NCBI GenBank assembly: GCA_965223265.1
Contig: OZ244999.1
Span: 2,944,001-3,008,000 of the forward strand
DNA: 64,000 bases
Direction: 5' to 3'
Origin: Planctomycetota bacterium
GTDB taxonomy: Bacteria; Planctomycetota; UBA8108; SXIK01
This document shows, piece after piece, positions 37,784 to 48,137 of the stretch (position 1 is the stretch's first letter; every line of letters starts with the position of its first letter). A program made the translations under genes and the position numbers. The notes under the pieces were generated by a model, which did no database searches, was not told where the DNA came from, and saw only the letters and a list, made by a program, of their open reading frames with translations.

Positions 37784-38773
37784 CTAGCGGCGACGGAGCA
37801 AGCTGCGGAGGTCGTTCGAGGTATCCTTTTCGGGAATGTCCTCCGCCGATTGCGTGGCTTCATCGTCAGACGGCTCCTTCTCGGTCGGTGTCTGCAAGAT
37901 TTCGAACGACCGAATGCTCTCGGCGATGGATTCTCGCAGCTTTTCGAAGTTTCGCGCCGATGACGAATACGTTAGGACGAACACAGATTCTTCATTGCTG
38001 GCGAAGATTTGTACCTGACGTACGGACTCTCCCGCGAGGGTGCTCTTGACGTCGAAGAGCCAGGCGCGAAACGGAGCGCCGACGAGGGGTTGGTCGCGAA
38101 CGACCTTGAAGTTCGATACTTGCAGCGCGTAGGAGCGTGCAGCGCGTCGCTTGATGGCTTCGATCGACTCGGACGACGGGTATGTCAGGATCGTCAAGTT
38201 GGCCTGGTGCACGAGATCCCGGAAATATGCGGCGATGCGCGCATCTCCGTGCTCAGGCCCGGGAAAAAAGCCTTTCGGTGGAGCGATCGAGAAGCTGCGT
38301 TCGGAATCCGAAAAGCGCGGCTCGACGAGCTTTGGATCGGTAGGTAGCCTTCGGGCGCCGTCGCTTGTGTTTCCGGCCTTCGTAGCTGTGGTCGTTTGCG
38401 TCGGAGCCACCGGGGCCGGATCGAAAGACGGGAATGTTCCGCTGGCCTGTACTGGCGGTTTCCGCTGCGGGATCGATGCAGGCTGATCGTTCGACCACTC
38501 GCGAGGCGCGTCGAGCTGCGGCCTGCTCCGCATCCCATCCTCCCCGATCAGGTTGCGCCGGTAATAACGCACACGAGCCTTCGTGAACGAAATGACGCCG
38601 CCTCCCTTGAGCCGCACGGAGACTTCGCGTTCATCGGCTCGCAGGATGTCGCCGAAGAAGACTTCCCCTGTGACCAACTCGACGCGATCAGCTCGCACAG
38701 AGCTTATGCAAACGATCGTCGCAGTCAGCGTCAACAAGGTCGCATGAAGGCGGCGGTAGATGGCTTGTGACAT
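37784..38773 (-). CDS. Secreted hypothetical protein with C-terminal PsbP/DcrB-like domain
   Basis: Signal peptide ..VRA-D, D.V.L.TG..F.G N-domain, Pro/Thr linker, FSIAPPKG..FVLTYSS..F...SIRSF. Confidence 0.6.
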   Translation of the reverse strand: MSQAIYRRLHATLLTLTATIVCISSVRADRVELVTGEVFFGDILRADEREVSVRLKGGGVISFTKARVRYYRRNLIGEDGMRSRPQLDAPREWSNDQPASIPQRKPPVQASGTFPSFDPAPVAPTQTTTATKAGNTSDGARRLPTDPKLVEPRFSDSERSFSIAPPKGFFPGPEHGDARIAAYFRDLVHQANLTILTYPSSESIEAIKRRAARSYALQVSNFKVVRDQPLVGAPFRAWLFDVKSTLAGESVRQVQIFASNEESVFVLTYSSSARNFEKLRESIAESIRSFEILQTPTEKEPSDDEATQSAEDIPEKDTSNDLRSLLRRR

Positions 38774-39060
38774 GGACTCTCCGACGTCCTCTTCAGACCG
38801 GGAGGACATGGGCTTCCCGCCTCGAGCTCTTGTCGAACCGATGTGGCGGATGACCAAAAAGCGTAGGATGTTTTGACTTTCGCCGCCACTACGGCATGAA
38901 AAGCGCCTTGTAGGTAAGCTCGTCGATTTGGTGAGTTACCGGAATCGCGCATTGCCTGCACGTACAGGCGTGGCTCGATGTGGGCGTAAAGTGAGTTTTC
39001 GCCTCGGAGTTACTTCCTCAACGACCGCGAGAAAACCGCCGCAAGGCTTCTCTGAGCGCG

Positions 39061-40392
39061 CTACACATCGAGCCCGTGGCGAAGCCATTGCTTCCACTCT
39101 GCGACTTCGCTCGCCCGCTGCTCACCCGGCGCCCGTTTCCAAAAATCCGGATTGGCGATCGTCGGTTTGTGCGCGATCCGTGTCAGGCTCGTCGCCGCGG
39201 CAGCGCGAATCTCTCGACTGTCGGATTCTAGCAGTTCGACCAGCACTGCGGTCCAACCACGCCCCGTCACCGTCACCTCGCCAACCGTCTCGATCAAGCG
39301 AGCGCGCAGGCGTACCGGTTGGAATCGATCTCTCAACGCGGTCTTGATCTCCTCTAAGCTTGTCTCGAGCCAACTCTCGTCAAGCAGAAACGAGAACCTC
39401 GCGCGCTCGAGACGTGTGACGAAAGCTTCAAAGGCGAGGAACCGGAGTTCGAGGTCGTCGTTACTAAAGACGCGGCGGAGCTCCCTCAGAGCTCGTAGAT
39501 CGTCGAGGGCTCGAGCCTTCCCAAGTTCTTCGAGACACCAGCGTGTCGTCAGTCGGGTATCTGGAGTCGTTCTCTCGACCCGAGAGAGCAGGTGCCCGGT
39601 CACGTCAAATCCTTTTAAGAACAGCATCCATTTGGGCTCGAGCGCGCACAGCTCTTCGCGATCCATCGCGATCAGGCTACGGATACGATCGCTGAGTGGT
39701 TGGTCATTCGGCAGGTGTTTCTCGAGCACGAAGTAGACGATGGACCAAGCTAAGGCGTAGTTCAGCTCCTTGCTCTCGTCGTTGTGGAAGTCTTTCCAGC
39801 TCTTCGTGACGAGGTCGCGAAGTGTTGGTTTTTGCATCGAAGAAAACGCTGCGTCTCGCGCTACATAGTAGAGGAGTGGGTTGAAGAGCGGCTGTTCGAA
39901 TTGATGTTCGTTGAACTGGCTGACTTCTAGAGCGCCGGCGAGTCCTTCGTTGAGCCAACACTTGCTGCTGGCTTCAGGATAGAGCGTCACGGTGAAGTGA
40001 TGCGCGATCTCGTGAAGCAACACCTGTCGCAAGAGTACGCGGTTTTCAGGCCAGAGAGAGGTGGTGTCGATCGAGATGAAATTGAACAGAGGAATGTAAT
40101 AGCCGAGCACGTTGGGGACGCGACGATAATCCGTTACGTGAGTATCACTTCCCTTCAGAACGATCGTCATTTTCGCGACAGTGTCCGGAGGCAGGTCGAA
40201 GGACTCACAGTACGCGTCGGTGATTCGTGAGGTTTCCTGAGCCACGAGGCTGAGAAACTCCGGTGTCCGATCGCTATAGAGGAGGAAGCGCGAATCCGAA
40301 AAACTGTTCGTGTAAACGAGGCTGCATCCGGTCGACATGGCAAAGAGAGTCAGGATGCAGAAGCTGCACAAGAGCTGAGTGGGGCGTGGCAT
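39061..40392 (-). CDS. Lipoprotein with zincin metallopeptidase motif and C-terminal HEAT-like repeats
   Basis: STG-C lipobox, LLHEIAH, WLNEGLA, YALAWS.VYF; helical C-terminus (IRAAAATSL). Confidence 0.7.
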   Translation of the reverse strand: MPRPTQLLCSFCILTLFAMSTGCSLVYTNSFSDSRFLLYSDRTPEFLSLVAQETSRITDAYCESFDLPPDTVAKMTIVLKGSDTHVTDYRRVPNVLGYYIPLFNFISIDTTSLWPENRVLLRQVLLHEIAHHFTVTLYPEASSKCWLNEGLAGALEVSQFNEHQFEQPLFNPLLYYVARDAAFSSMQKPTLRDLVTKSWKDFHNDESKELNYALAWSIVYFVLEKHLPNDQPLSDRIRSLIAMDREELCALEPKWMLFLKGFDVTGHLLSRVERTTPDTRLTTRWCLEELGKARALDDLRALRELRRVFSNDDLELRFLAFEAFVTRLERARFSFLLDESWLETSLEEIKTALRDRFQPVRLRARLIETVGEVTVTGRGWTAVLVELLESDSREIRAAAATSLTRIAHKPTIANPDFWKRAPGEQRASEVAEWKQWLRHGLDV

Positions 40393-40464
40393 TGGCGGGT
40401 TGTGCTAGGAGGGGACGTGGCAGGAAGCGTTGAGGCGACTGGGAAGGGGGGCGGGTGCTTTGTG

Positions 40465-40802
40465 TTTTCGAGGCTCGACGCGGTCGAGCTGGGCGTGAAG
40501 AGGCCGGTTTCTCAGCCGAATGACTTTTTCAGGCGGGCTGTTAGCTCGAGTTTGGCCATTTCGCGTCGAGCCTGGGAAAGCCAGGAGCGTCGAGGCCAAG
40601 GAGCGACGACAACGCGATCCCGCTGCGATCGTGGCGGAGGAGCGACGCAGGCATCGGCGCTCCTGGCTTTCCCCGAAGGGCCGGACAGGAGTTTTTGAAC
40701 ATGCACAAGGGTTCTCAGGGTACTAAAAAGTCGAAAGGGCCTTTGAATTCCCGCGAAACTCGTCCGGCCAGGCCGGCGCGAAATGGCCAAACTCGAGGTT
40801 AG
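40465..40802. mobile_element. Composite MITE-like repeat: partial type A + TTAG + complete type B (40545-40797)
   Basis: Perfect 21-bp TIR CTCGAGTTTGGCCATTTCGCG / CGCGAAATGGCCAAACTCGAG; shares long identity with 17900-18071. Confidence 0.75.
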
Positions 40803-40803
40803 G

Positions 40804-41151
40804 TTAGGCAGGGCGTCGGTAGAGGATGACCCGTACTCTGGAATCGGCGTCCACGGTTTGTACATCGTCGGTGATGATCTGCACCCTGGCCACCTTGTGG
40901 TATCTGTTTCCGGCTGGCACGAGGAAGTCGAACCGTGCTTCATAAAGAGGCGGGGCGTCGTCGTTGCCCGTCCAGGTCGAGAGCTTTTCACGCGCGATTC
41001 GTTCATACATCTCGGCTTCAAGCTCGCGTTCGACGAAGACTGTATAGACGACGACGTCTTTGTGGGCGCGCCAGGAATTGACCCAGTAAACCGTGGGCGA
41101 GTGACACGAAGTCACGATCAACATGAGACAGAAGGCGAGTGTGAGGCGCAT
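40804..41151 (-). CDS. Small hypothetical lipoprotein
   Basis: MRLTLAFCLMLIVTS-C lipobox; same strand as flanking genes. Confidence 0.6.
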   Translation of the reverse strand: MRLTLAFCLMLIVTSCHSPTVYWVNSWRAHKDVVVYTVFVERELEAEMYERIAREKLSTWTGNDDAPPLYEARFDFLVPAGNRYHKVARVQIITDDVQTVDADSRVRVILYRRPA

Positions 41152-41250
41152 CGGATGGTCTCAGAGCACTGATCGACGAACCGCGACGACGCAGTACGAA
41201 CGTAGGTCTTACTGCGAATTCCATGCCGCGGTGCTGGCCTGAGCGGCTTG

Positions 41251-41280
41251 TTAGCAGCTGGCCTGAAAGAGTGCTTCGAG
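41251..41280. repeat. Degenerate type A repeat end
   Basis: TTAGCAGC..CCTGAAAGAGTGCTTCGAG resembles 17862-17889. Confidence 0.45.
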
Positions 41281-41398
41281 ATGCGGGTCGCCTGTGGCGC
41301 GAGCGCCTTTCAACCGAGTCGCAGCGGCTGGGAACGTTCTTGCCCCGGCGACGCGGGTGCCGGGCACTCCCGGTCGCTCGCGAGAGGAACCTTCAGAG

Positions 41399-42091
41399 TT
41401 AGACACCACGCGTTTGCGGAGACCACAGGACTTTGTGCAACTGCAGGTTGAGTCTCACTGGCAATTTGTCCTCGTGAATCCAGGCGAGGAGCTCGCGTGG
41501 ATCGAGGCTCCCGAAGACCGGCGAGAAGAGAATCGGTACGATCGATGGAACTCGTTTTCGCGCCTGTCTCAACCACTCGCGTGCCCATTCGTAGTCCGTA
41601 CGGTCGTTGAGGACCAGCTTCAGTTCATCCCCAGCACGCAGATTCTGGAGCACTTGAGATCGGTTGTGTTGTTCCATGCCGCTCCCTGGCGCTTTCCAGT
41701 CAACGATGCGCCGGACGCGGGGGTCGACACGGTCGATCGGCACGGCGCCGCTCGTCTCGAGCAGTACTTCATAGCCCTCTTCGCAGAGTTCCGTCAGGAG
41801 CGGGTAGACCGCCTTTTGCAGGAGCGGCTCACCACCGGTGACTTCGACCAGGTTGCAGCCGGCGCTGTGCGCTTGATTCAGGCAGTCGTCAACCGTGTGA
41901 ATTGATCCATCGAAGAACGCATACTCTGAATCACACCACGTGCAGCGCAAATGGCAGCCGCACAGGCGGATGAAGAAGCAAGGCCGGCCGGCATGTGTGC
42001 TTTCACCTTGGACGCTGAGGAAAAACTCACTGACGAAAAGCTCTCGTGAGCCGAGATCGCGGAGCTGCGGGGGAAGAAGCGGCGAATTCAC
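41399..42091 (-). CDS. queE: 7-carboxy-7-deazaguanine synthase (radical SAM)
   Basis: F.SVQGE..HAG.P..FIRL.GCHLRCTWCDS, TGGEPLLQ, LETSG, LQLHK..W. Confidence 0.9.
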   Translation of the reverse strand: MNSPLLPPQLRDLGSRELFVSEFFLSVQGESTHAGRPCFFIRLCGCHLRCTWCDSEYAFFDGSIHTVDDCLNQAHSAGCNLVEVTGGEPLLQKAVYPLLTELCEEGYEVLLETSGAVPIDRVDPRVRRIVDWKAPGSGMEQHNRSQVLQNLRAGDELKLVLNDRTDYEWAREWLRQARKRVPSIVPILFSPVFGSLDPRELLAWIHEDKLPVRLNLQLHKVLWSPQTRGV

Positions 42092-42648
42092 GAGTGTACC
42101 AGCATCTTTTCGCGCAGCGTGGTCGCCAGGCTTCTCCCTCGGAGTTGGGCGACGATCTCGAGCGCGAAGTCGATCGCAGTGCCAACTCCTCGACTGGTCA
42201 TCACGTTGCCATCGACGACGACAGGAGTATCGACGGACGTTGCTCCGACCAGTTGATCTTCAAATCCTGGGTAGCTTGTCGCTCTCTTGCCGACAAGCGC
42301 GCCGGCCGCGCCAAGCGCGATGGGGGCGGCGCAAATCGCGCCGACCTTTCGTCCGTCCATAACCTGTTGTTTGATCATTTTCTGCACGACCGGGTGGTCA
42401 CGAAGATTGACCGCGCCGGGCATGCCGCCAGGAAGGAGAACGAGATCCCACTCTTTGTGCAGTGCCTCGGGCAGGGAGATGTCGGCCTGAATCGAGATTT
42501 CATGGCTGCCGCGTACGTGGTTGTCGTGCCCTTCCGTAGTGACAGCCACCGTGGTCACCTGGATTTCAGCGCGCCGGAGGATGTCGATCAGAGCCACCGC
42601 CTCGATCTCTTCGAACCCATCCGCAAGAAGCACGCATACGCTATTCAT
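42088..42648 (-). CDS. yajL: DJ-1/YajL/PfpI family glyoxalase
   Basis: GFEEIEA, LPGGMPGA, AICAAP, TSRGVGTA. Confidence 0.85.
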   Translation of the reverse strand: MNSVCVLLADGFEEIEAVALIDILRRAEIQVTTVAVTTEGHDNHVRGSHEISIQADISLPEALHKEWDLVLLPGGMPGAVNLRDHPVVQKMIKQQVMDGRKVGAICAAPIALGAAGALVGKRATSYPGFEDQLVGATSVDTPVVVDGNVMTSRGVGTAIDFALEIVAQLRGRSLATTLREKMLVHS

Positions 42649-42744
42649 TTTTCACGATCTCCGAGACAACGAATTCAATCCTCGATTTCGCAACGGACGA
42701 GTCTCTTCTCGTCGAGCCCTATCCAGCCTTCGTAGATGTCGAGT

Positions 42745-43962
42745 TCAACGACCCACGTCCAAGACGGTTGTTTTTTGTACGAGACTTTCGACTTCGGAAT
42801 CGACGTCGAATATCTCTTCGGCTCGACTCAAATCGGCCGGGGTCGAATGAGTGACTGGGTTCGCTGGCATCAGATACGAACAGCAGTCGTCATGCGGTTC
42901 AATGGATGTCTCGTAGGTCCCGATGCGTTTGGCCGTCGCGATGATTTCGATTTTGTCCATGCCGATGAGAGGTCTCAGAATCGGCAATGGGCAGGCGGCG
43001 TCGATTGTGTGGAGATTCTCCAGGGTTTGGCTCGCCACTTGCCCGAGACTTTCGCCAGTGACGAGGGCGAGCGCCGATTCACTTGCGGCGATGGCGGCGG
43101 CGACGCGCACCATGAATCGGCGATAGAGGATGACGCGCAGGCCTGCACGACAGTCTGTGACGATGCGCCGTTGAAGCTCCGTGAACGGTACCATGTAGAG
43201 GCGTGAGGGAATGCCGACCGGATGGACCTTCGCGACGAGATCTTGAACCTTTTGTTGGCTCTCGATGCCCGTGTGGGGATAGCTGTGGAAGTGGACGTAC
43301 GACGGCACCGATCCGCGTAGCAACATTCGGTAGGCGGCAACCGGCGAGTCGATTCCTCCCGACTGCAGACAAACGACGCGTCCCGACACTCCACTTGGGA
43401 GGCCGCCAGGTCCGTCGATGCGCGACAGCGCCACGAACGCGGCGTTGTTGACGAGCTCGATGCGGATCACGAGTTCCGGATCGTTGAGATTGACTGGCCA
43501 GCCTTTGAGCCCTTGCACGTGGGCTCCTATCTGGCGTTGGACGTCCATCGAGTCGAAGGGCAGGGATTTCGAGGAGCGTTTGCACTGGACGGCGAACCGA
43601 GGGTCGTCGTCGATTCCGGCGATGAGACGACCGGTCGTGGTGCGGAGCTCGTCGAGTGTCGAGGCGCAGGAGACGGCCGGCACGAGATACGACACTCCGT
43701 AGACGCGGCTTGCAGCCTGCGCGACCCGCCGCCAGTTCGTCGGTGGGTCGATACGTATCGCCAACCGGCCGAAGAGTCGCTGAACGGATGGAGCCTCTCC
43801 AGCCGAGTCAACCGTCTGTAGAGCGCGCCGTAGATTCTTGACGAGGCGGTTTTCGAAACGACCTCGGTTTCTACCCTTCAGTCCAACTTCGTTGTAGTGA
43901 ACGACGATGTGAGACGCGTCGATGGTTTCTGCGGCTGTCTGTCCGATACTCTGGAGTTTCAT
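42745..43962 (-). CDS. thiI: tRNA 4-thiouridine synthase (THUMP + PP-loop, no rhodanese domain)
   Basis: EVGLKGRNR..FE, SGGIDSPVA, TGESLGQVASQT, RPLIGMDK.EI, DDCC. Confidence 0.95.
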   Translation of the reverse strand: MKLQSIGQTAAETIDASHIVVHYNEVGLKGRNRGRFENRLVKNLRRALQTVDSAGEAPSVQRLFGRLAIRIDPPTNWRRVAQAASRVYGVSYLVPAVSCASTLDELRTTTGRLIAGIDDDPRFAVQCKRSSKSLPFDSMDVQRQIGAHVQGLKGWPVNLNDPELVIRIELVNNAAFVALSRIDGPGGLPSGVSGRVVCLQSGGIDSPVAAYRMLLRGSVPSYVHFHSYPHTGIESQQKVQDLVAKVHPVGIPSRLYMVPFTELQRRIVTDCRAGLRVILYRRFMVRVAAAIAASESALALVTGESLGQVASQTLENLHTIDAACPLPILRPLIGMDKIEIIATAKRIGTYETSIEPHDDCCSYLMPANPVTHSTPADLSRAEEIFDVDSEVESLVQKTTVLDVGR

Positions 43963-44136
43963 TCGGGGCGTGCGGGTCGATCACCACTTCGTCAATGAGA
44001 CCTCAGTAGAATTCCTGATTCTCGATTCTTTGGCGCCTTTTTTCAAACCCCCAGCAGGTTTTTCTGCGTCTGTGGTCTGGCCAAAGGTGGCTGCCGTCGC
44101 GGTGGCTTCGCCCCAGTCGGGCCGCGACCAAGCCCT

Positions 44137-45762
44137 TCACGCTCTCGAGTCGCTCGAGGCGGTGCAGAGAGTTTCCTGCCACTCGAGATCACGAAAGTAT
44201 TCGCTGCGGGCGGCTTGGCGTTCTCTGGGAGCGGAGGCGCCGAACCTCTCGATCGCGGCATCGACGGCATCGTAGACCGACCGTCCTCCATCGCGCGTGA
44301 ATCGGAGCGCGGTCCTTCGGCGCAAGAAATCCTCGGGGTAGACGACGAACTCGTTGTGGATTCCGTACACCACTTCGCCGACAGTCTCGTCGACGCCCTC
44401 GGCGAGCGGCGCCGCGAGTGCCGAGTTCTCCCACAGGTCGATGATTGCACGCGCTCTGCAGCCATAACGATCATAGAGGCGGCGCAGGACTGACTCTTCG
44501 ATCGGGTTGCTGGTGGTGGCGCGGAAGCGGTCTAGGAAGACTTCCCAAGTGCCGCCTTCGGCACCCGGTAGAGGCGTGCGGTGCGTAGAACACACCGATC
44601 CCGGAAAGATGCGATCGACGACGTCGCGGGCGACGGCACGGTACGTCGTATATTTGCCGCCGAAGACGGTCAGGACGTTGCCCTCTTCGACGATCTTGTG
44701 CACGCGAGACACGGCTCCCGTCTTGCGTAGATTGCGCGACGACTCGCGCGCGAGGGGGCGTATGCCGGCAAATGTCCCGATGATGTCAGTCGAGTTGAGT
44801 TGCAACCGAGGAAACAGTCGGCGCAGCTCATCTAGGAGGTAGCGAACCTCCTCCGGTTCGACGCGAATCTCGTCTGCGGGGTCGCCGCACGGTGTCTCAG
44901 TCGTGCCGACGAGCGCGCTCCCTCGCCAAGGAATCAGGAAAAAAACGCGCTGGTCCTTGGAGTGGCTCATAAGAACTCCGTCCTGCATGGGAAATGCGGG
45001 CATGAGGAGGTGGATTCCCTTCGAGCGCACCAAGTGTTTGGGTTCCGTCCACGGGCCCAACGCCCGAACGACGTGATGGGCTTCAATCTTGTGCTCCATA
45101 CCGGTGACGAGGTCCTCGAGCTGCACTCGAGCGGGCGTCCCGGGCTGAACATGGGTCACGCGGCTGTAGTTTCTAATCGTGACGGAGTCCTTCTGCCCAG
45201 CCTCCAGGGCGCCGATGACGTTCGCGAGGCAGAGTCGAGCATCGTCCATGACCGCATCGTAGTAGAGTCCGCCCCCAACGAGACCGTCGTCGATCAGCTC
45301 CGGCACGCGCTCTAGCAGTTCGCTCTTAGTCAAGTGGCGAGCTTTACCGATACCGCGGCAACAAGCTAGCCAGTTGTAAAAAGCGAGACCGAGACGGATC
45401 ATCCAAAGCGGTCGCCCCACGTTTTCATACACGGGAATCACGAACGACTGACCACGTGCCAGATGCGGCGCCAATTTGAGGAGAAGGTGGCGCTCCCGCA
45501 AAGCCTCGTACACCAAGGGAAAACGTAGCTGCTCGAGGTAGCGGATCCCTCCGTGCAGCATCTTCGACGACTGACTTGAAGTCCCCTGGCCGAAGTCGCC
45601 CTGATCGAATAGCGCCACGCTCTTGCCGCGCAGGGCTGCGTCGAGCGCGATCCCAGCTCCATTGATGCCGCCTCCGACGACCGCCAGGTCGTACGGACCT
45701 GAGAGGAGTCTTTCGCGCTCAATATGTGCTCGGAGATGCACGGACTCTAGGGCGTCGGACAT
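44137..45762 (-). CDS. glpD: FAD-dependent glycerol-3-phosphate dehydrogenase
   Basis: GGGINGAG, GTSSQSSKMLHGGIRYLE, DDARL, AGIRPL, GGKYTTYR. Confidence 0.9.
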   Translation of the reverse strand: MSDALESVHLRAHIERERLLSGPYDLAVVGGGINGAGIALDAALRGKSVALFDQGDFGQGTSSQSSKMLHGGIRYLEQLRFPLVYEALRERHLLLKLAPHLARGQSFVIPVYENVGRPLWMIRLGLAFYNWLACCRGIGKARHLTKSELLERVPELIDDGLVGGGLYYDAVMDDARLCLANVIGALEAGQKDSVTIRNYSRVTHVQPGTPARVQLEDLVTGMEHKIEAHHVVRALGPWTEPKHLVRSKGIHLLMPAFPMQDGVLMSHSKDQRVFFLIPWRGSALVGTTETPCGDPADEIRVEPEEVRYLLDELRRLFPRLQLNSTDIIGTFAGIRPLARESSRNLRKTGAVSRVHKIVEEGNVLTVFGGKYTTYRAVARDVVDRIFPGSVCSTHRTPLPGAEGGTWEVFLDRFRATTSNPIEESVLRRLYDRYGCRARAIIDLWENSALAAPLAEGVDETVGEVVYGIHNEFVVYPEDFLRRRTALRFTRDGGRSVYDAVDAAIERFGASAPRERQAARSEYFRDLEWQETLCTASSDSRA

Positions 45763-45936
45763 TGTCGACTTGTCAAGATCTGAAGGCGAGAGCAGATGTG
45801 TCGGTAGGTGAGCGAAAAACCCGAGGTCTCACGTCTTTTTACGTCGGGATCGTGTCACAATTCCCGGAGCGTTGCAAGATGACGCGCGCTCGGGTTGAGT
45901 TCGTCTTGATGTGATCGAACCGGGAGGTGTGAACCT

Positions 45937-46386
45937 TTGCCGTTTGAGTTTATCGACCATACCGCCGACGCGGCGATGCGGCTTCGGGCTCCTGACTCGA
46001 CTGGGCTGCTGGAGGCGGCGACCGCGGGGCTATTGTCCCTGTACACTGGCAGTAACCGTAGCCACGGGAGGCAGGCAGCAACAGCCGACGAAGCGATGTC
46101 GCGCCACTCCCTGCGCCTAGACGCTTCGGACGGCGAAGGGCTGATCGTTACCTATCTTAACGAGTTGATCTACCTGTTTGATACGCAGGGATTGCTGACA
46201 GTCGCAATCGATATCGACCAGCTGAAATTGGCAGAACCGGCCTTGCTTGTAGCATCGATTACGTGTCGAAGATGGGATCCAGGCCACGAGATCCTGGCGA
46301 CTGAAGTCAAAGCCGCAACGTACCACGACATCGCAATTAAGCGTGATGCTGAAGGTTTGTCGGTTGATGTTGTCTTTGACTTATAA
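45937..46386 (+). CDS. Archease
   Basis: DHTAD, LNELIY, EVKAATYH, VVFDL; directly upstream of rtcB. Confidence 0.93.
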   Translation: MPFEFIDHTADAAMRLRAPDSTGLLEAATAGLLSLYTGSNRSHGRQAATADEAMSRHSLRLDASDGEGLIVTYLNELIYLFDTQGLLTVAIDIDQLKLAEPALLVASITCRRWDPGHEILATEVKAATYHDIAIKRDAEGLSVDVVFDL

Positions 46387-46433
46387 TTCGCTGTAGGAGA
46401 TCAGTAGCCTCAACGAGGAGCGAGCGAAAATCG

Positions 46434-47876
46434 ATGACGGTCGAGCTCCAGAAGGTCAACGATTGGTGCTGGCGTCTGCCGAGGGCGGGACGTATGCACA
46501 CCGACGGCATTGTTTTTGCGAGCGAACGACAGATCACTTCGCTTGCCACCGATCGGTGCTTGGATCAGGTGCGCAATGTCGCTTGTCTTCCGGGAATCGT
46601 GGGGCCATCGATCGGCATGCCTGACATCCATTGGGGATATGGATTTCCTATCGGCGGAGTTGCTGGATTCGATCTCGACGAGGGAGTCATCTCACCTGGC
46701 GGGGTTGGGTATGACATCAACTGCGGTGTCCGCCTGCTGACAACGTCGCTCCGCATCGGCGACATCCGCGAGCGAGTTCCTGCACTCGTTCAAGGACTTT
46801 TTCGCAAGATCCCAAGCGGCGTCGGGAAGTCGCGACGGGACTTGCGACTCAGCCGTGCCGACGCTCGGCGTATGGCGACGCAAGGGGCCCGGTGGGCTGT
46901 GCAGCAAGGATTTGGCTCGGCGGAAGATCTGGGCCACATCGAGGAGGGGGGATGTCTTGAGGGCGCAGATTTTGGCGAGATCAGCGACAGAGCGTTCGAG
47001 CGCGGACGCAGTCAGCTCGGCACGATTGGATCCGGAAACCACTTCGTCGAAGTTGGATATGTGGATGAAGTGTATGACACGCGGCTTGCGTCTCAGATCG
47101 GACTCGCGCCACAAATCGTGACTGTCATCATACACACCGGATCGAGAGGGTTTGGCTACCAGATCTGCGATGATTTTCTGAGAGACATGGTTCGAGCCGC
47201 TGCCCAACACGGAATTGACTTGCCGGATCGACAGCTCTGCTGCGCGCCGCTGAAGAGCGATGCCGGTCGTCGCTATTTCGCTGCGATGAAGTGCGGCGCG
47301 AACTTTGCTTTCAATAATCGTCAAATCGTCATGCACTGGGTGCGCGAGGCATTCGAGAATGACCTGGGCCTCGCACCCAAGGAGCATGGACTCCGCATCG
47401 TCTACGACGTGTGCCACAATATCGCCAAGGTGGAAGAGCATCGCATCGACGGCAAGGCACGTCGCGTCTGTGTGCATCGTAAGGGAGCTACGCGATCGTT
47501 TCCTGCCGGTCATCCTGATGTTCCCGAGGTGTACCGATCCGTTGGCCAGCCGGTTCTCGTGCCGGGTGACATGGGGCGCTATTCTTACGTCCTGGTCGGT
47601 CACCCCGAGGCGCCAGATTTTGCTTTCGCCAGCTGCTGCCATGGAGCCGGGAGAGTCTTGAGCCGCAGGGCAGCAAAGCGAGCCACGCGCGAGCGACACA
47701 TCATCCGAGAACTTGCGGAACGAGGAATCACAGTTGCGGCAGCGAGTCGGTCGACGGTCGACGAAGAGTTTCCAGATGCGTACAAAGACGTCTCGGAGGT
47801 GGTGGAGGTCGTCCACAACGCTCGGTTGGCACTTAAGGTCGGTCGCTTGCGTCCCGTCGGCGTCATCAAGGGGTAG
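46434..47876 (+). CDS. rtcB: RNA ligase RtcB (archaeal/eukaryal-like long type)
   Basis: PDIHWGYGFPIGG, GYDINCG, GSGNHF, HTGSRG, HNIAK, HRKGATR, HGAGR, E.PDAYK. Confidence 0.95.
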   Translation: MTVELQKVNDWCWRLPRAGRMHTDGIVFASERQITSLATDRCLDQVRNVACLPGIVGPSIGMPDIHWGYGFPIGGVAGFDLDEGVISPGGVGYDINCGVRLLTTSLRIGDIRERVPALVQGLFRKIPSGVGKSRRDLRLSRADARRMATQGARWAVQQGFGSAEDLGHIEEGGCLEGADFGEISDRAFERGRSQLGTIGSGNHFVEVGYVDEVYDTRLASQIGLAPQIVTVIIHTGSRGFGYQICDDFLRDMVRAAAQHGIDLPDRQLCCAPLKSDAGRRYFAAMKCGANFAFNNRQIVMHWVREAFENDLGLAPKEHGLRIVYDVCHNIAKVEEHRIDGKARRVCVHRKGATRSFPAGHPDVPEVYRSVGQPVLVPGDMGRYSYVLVGHPEAPDFAFASCCHGAGRVLSRRAAKRATRERHIIRELAERGITVAAASRSTVDEEFPDAYKDVSEVVEVVHNARLALKVGRLRPVGVIKG

Positions 47877-48137
47877 CGCCTCGAGCTCAGCCGTTTCGCA
47901 CCAGGATCGCCTCCGAGAAAGGCGCGGCGACGACACGACCAGGCGCCACGAGAACGGCCTGCCTCGAAATCAGGGCGTACTGAGTCGCCTGGCTGTAGCC
48001 AGCGTGAGTCCTGTGTATTGGATCAACAGCTGCTCGGTAGCACGTGCCGATCATCGAGGGTTGCGTGTTGCTCGCGAGAGTGGGCCGGTAAGATGACGAT
48101 ATGAATTGATGGCTTGGATTCACGGTGGTAGGTCGTC

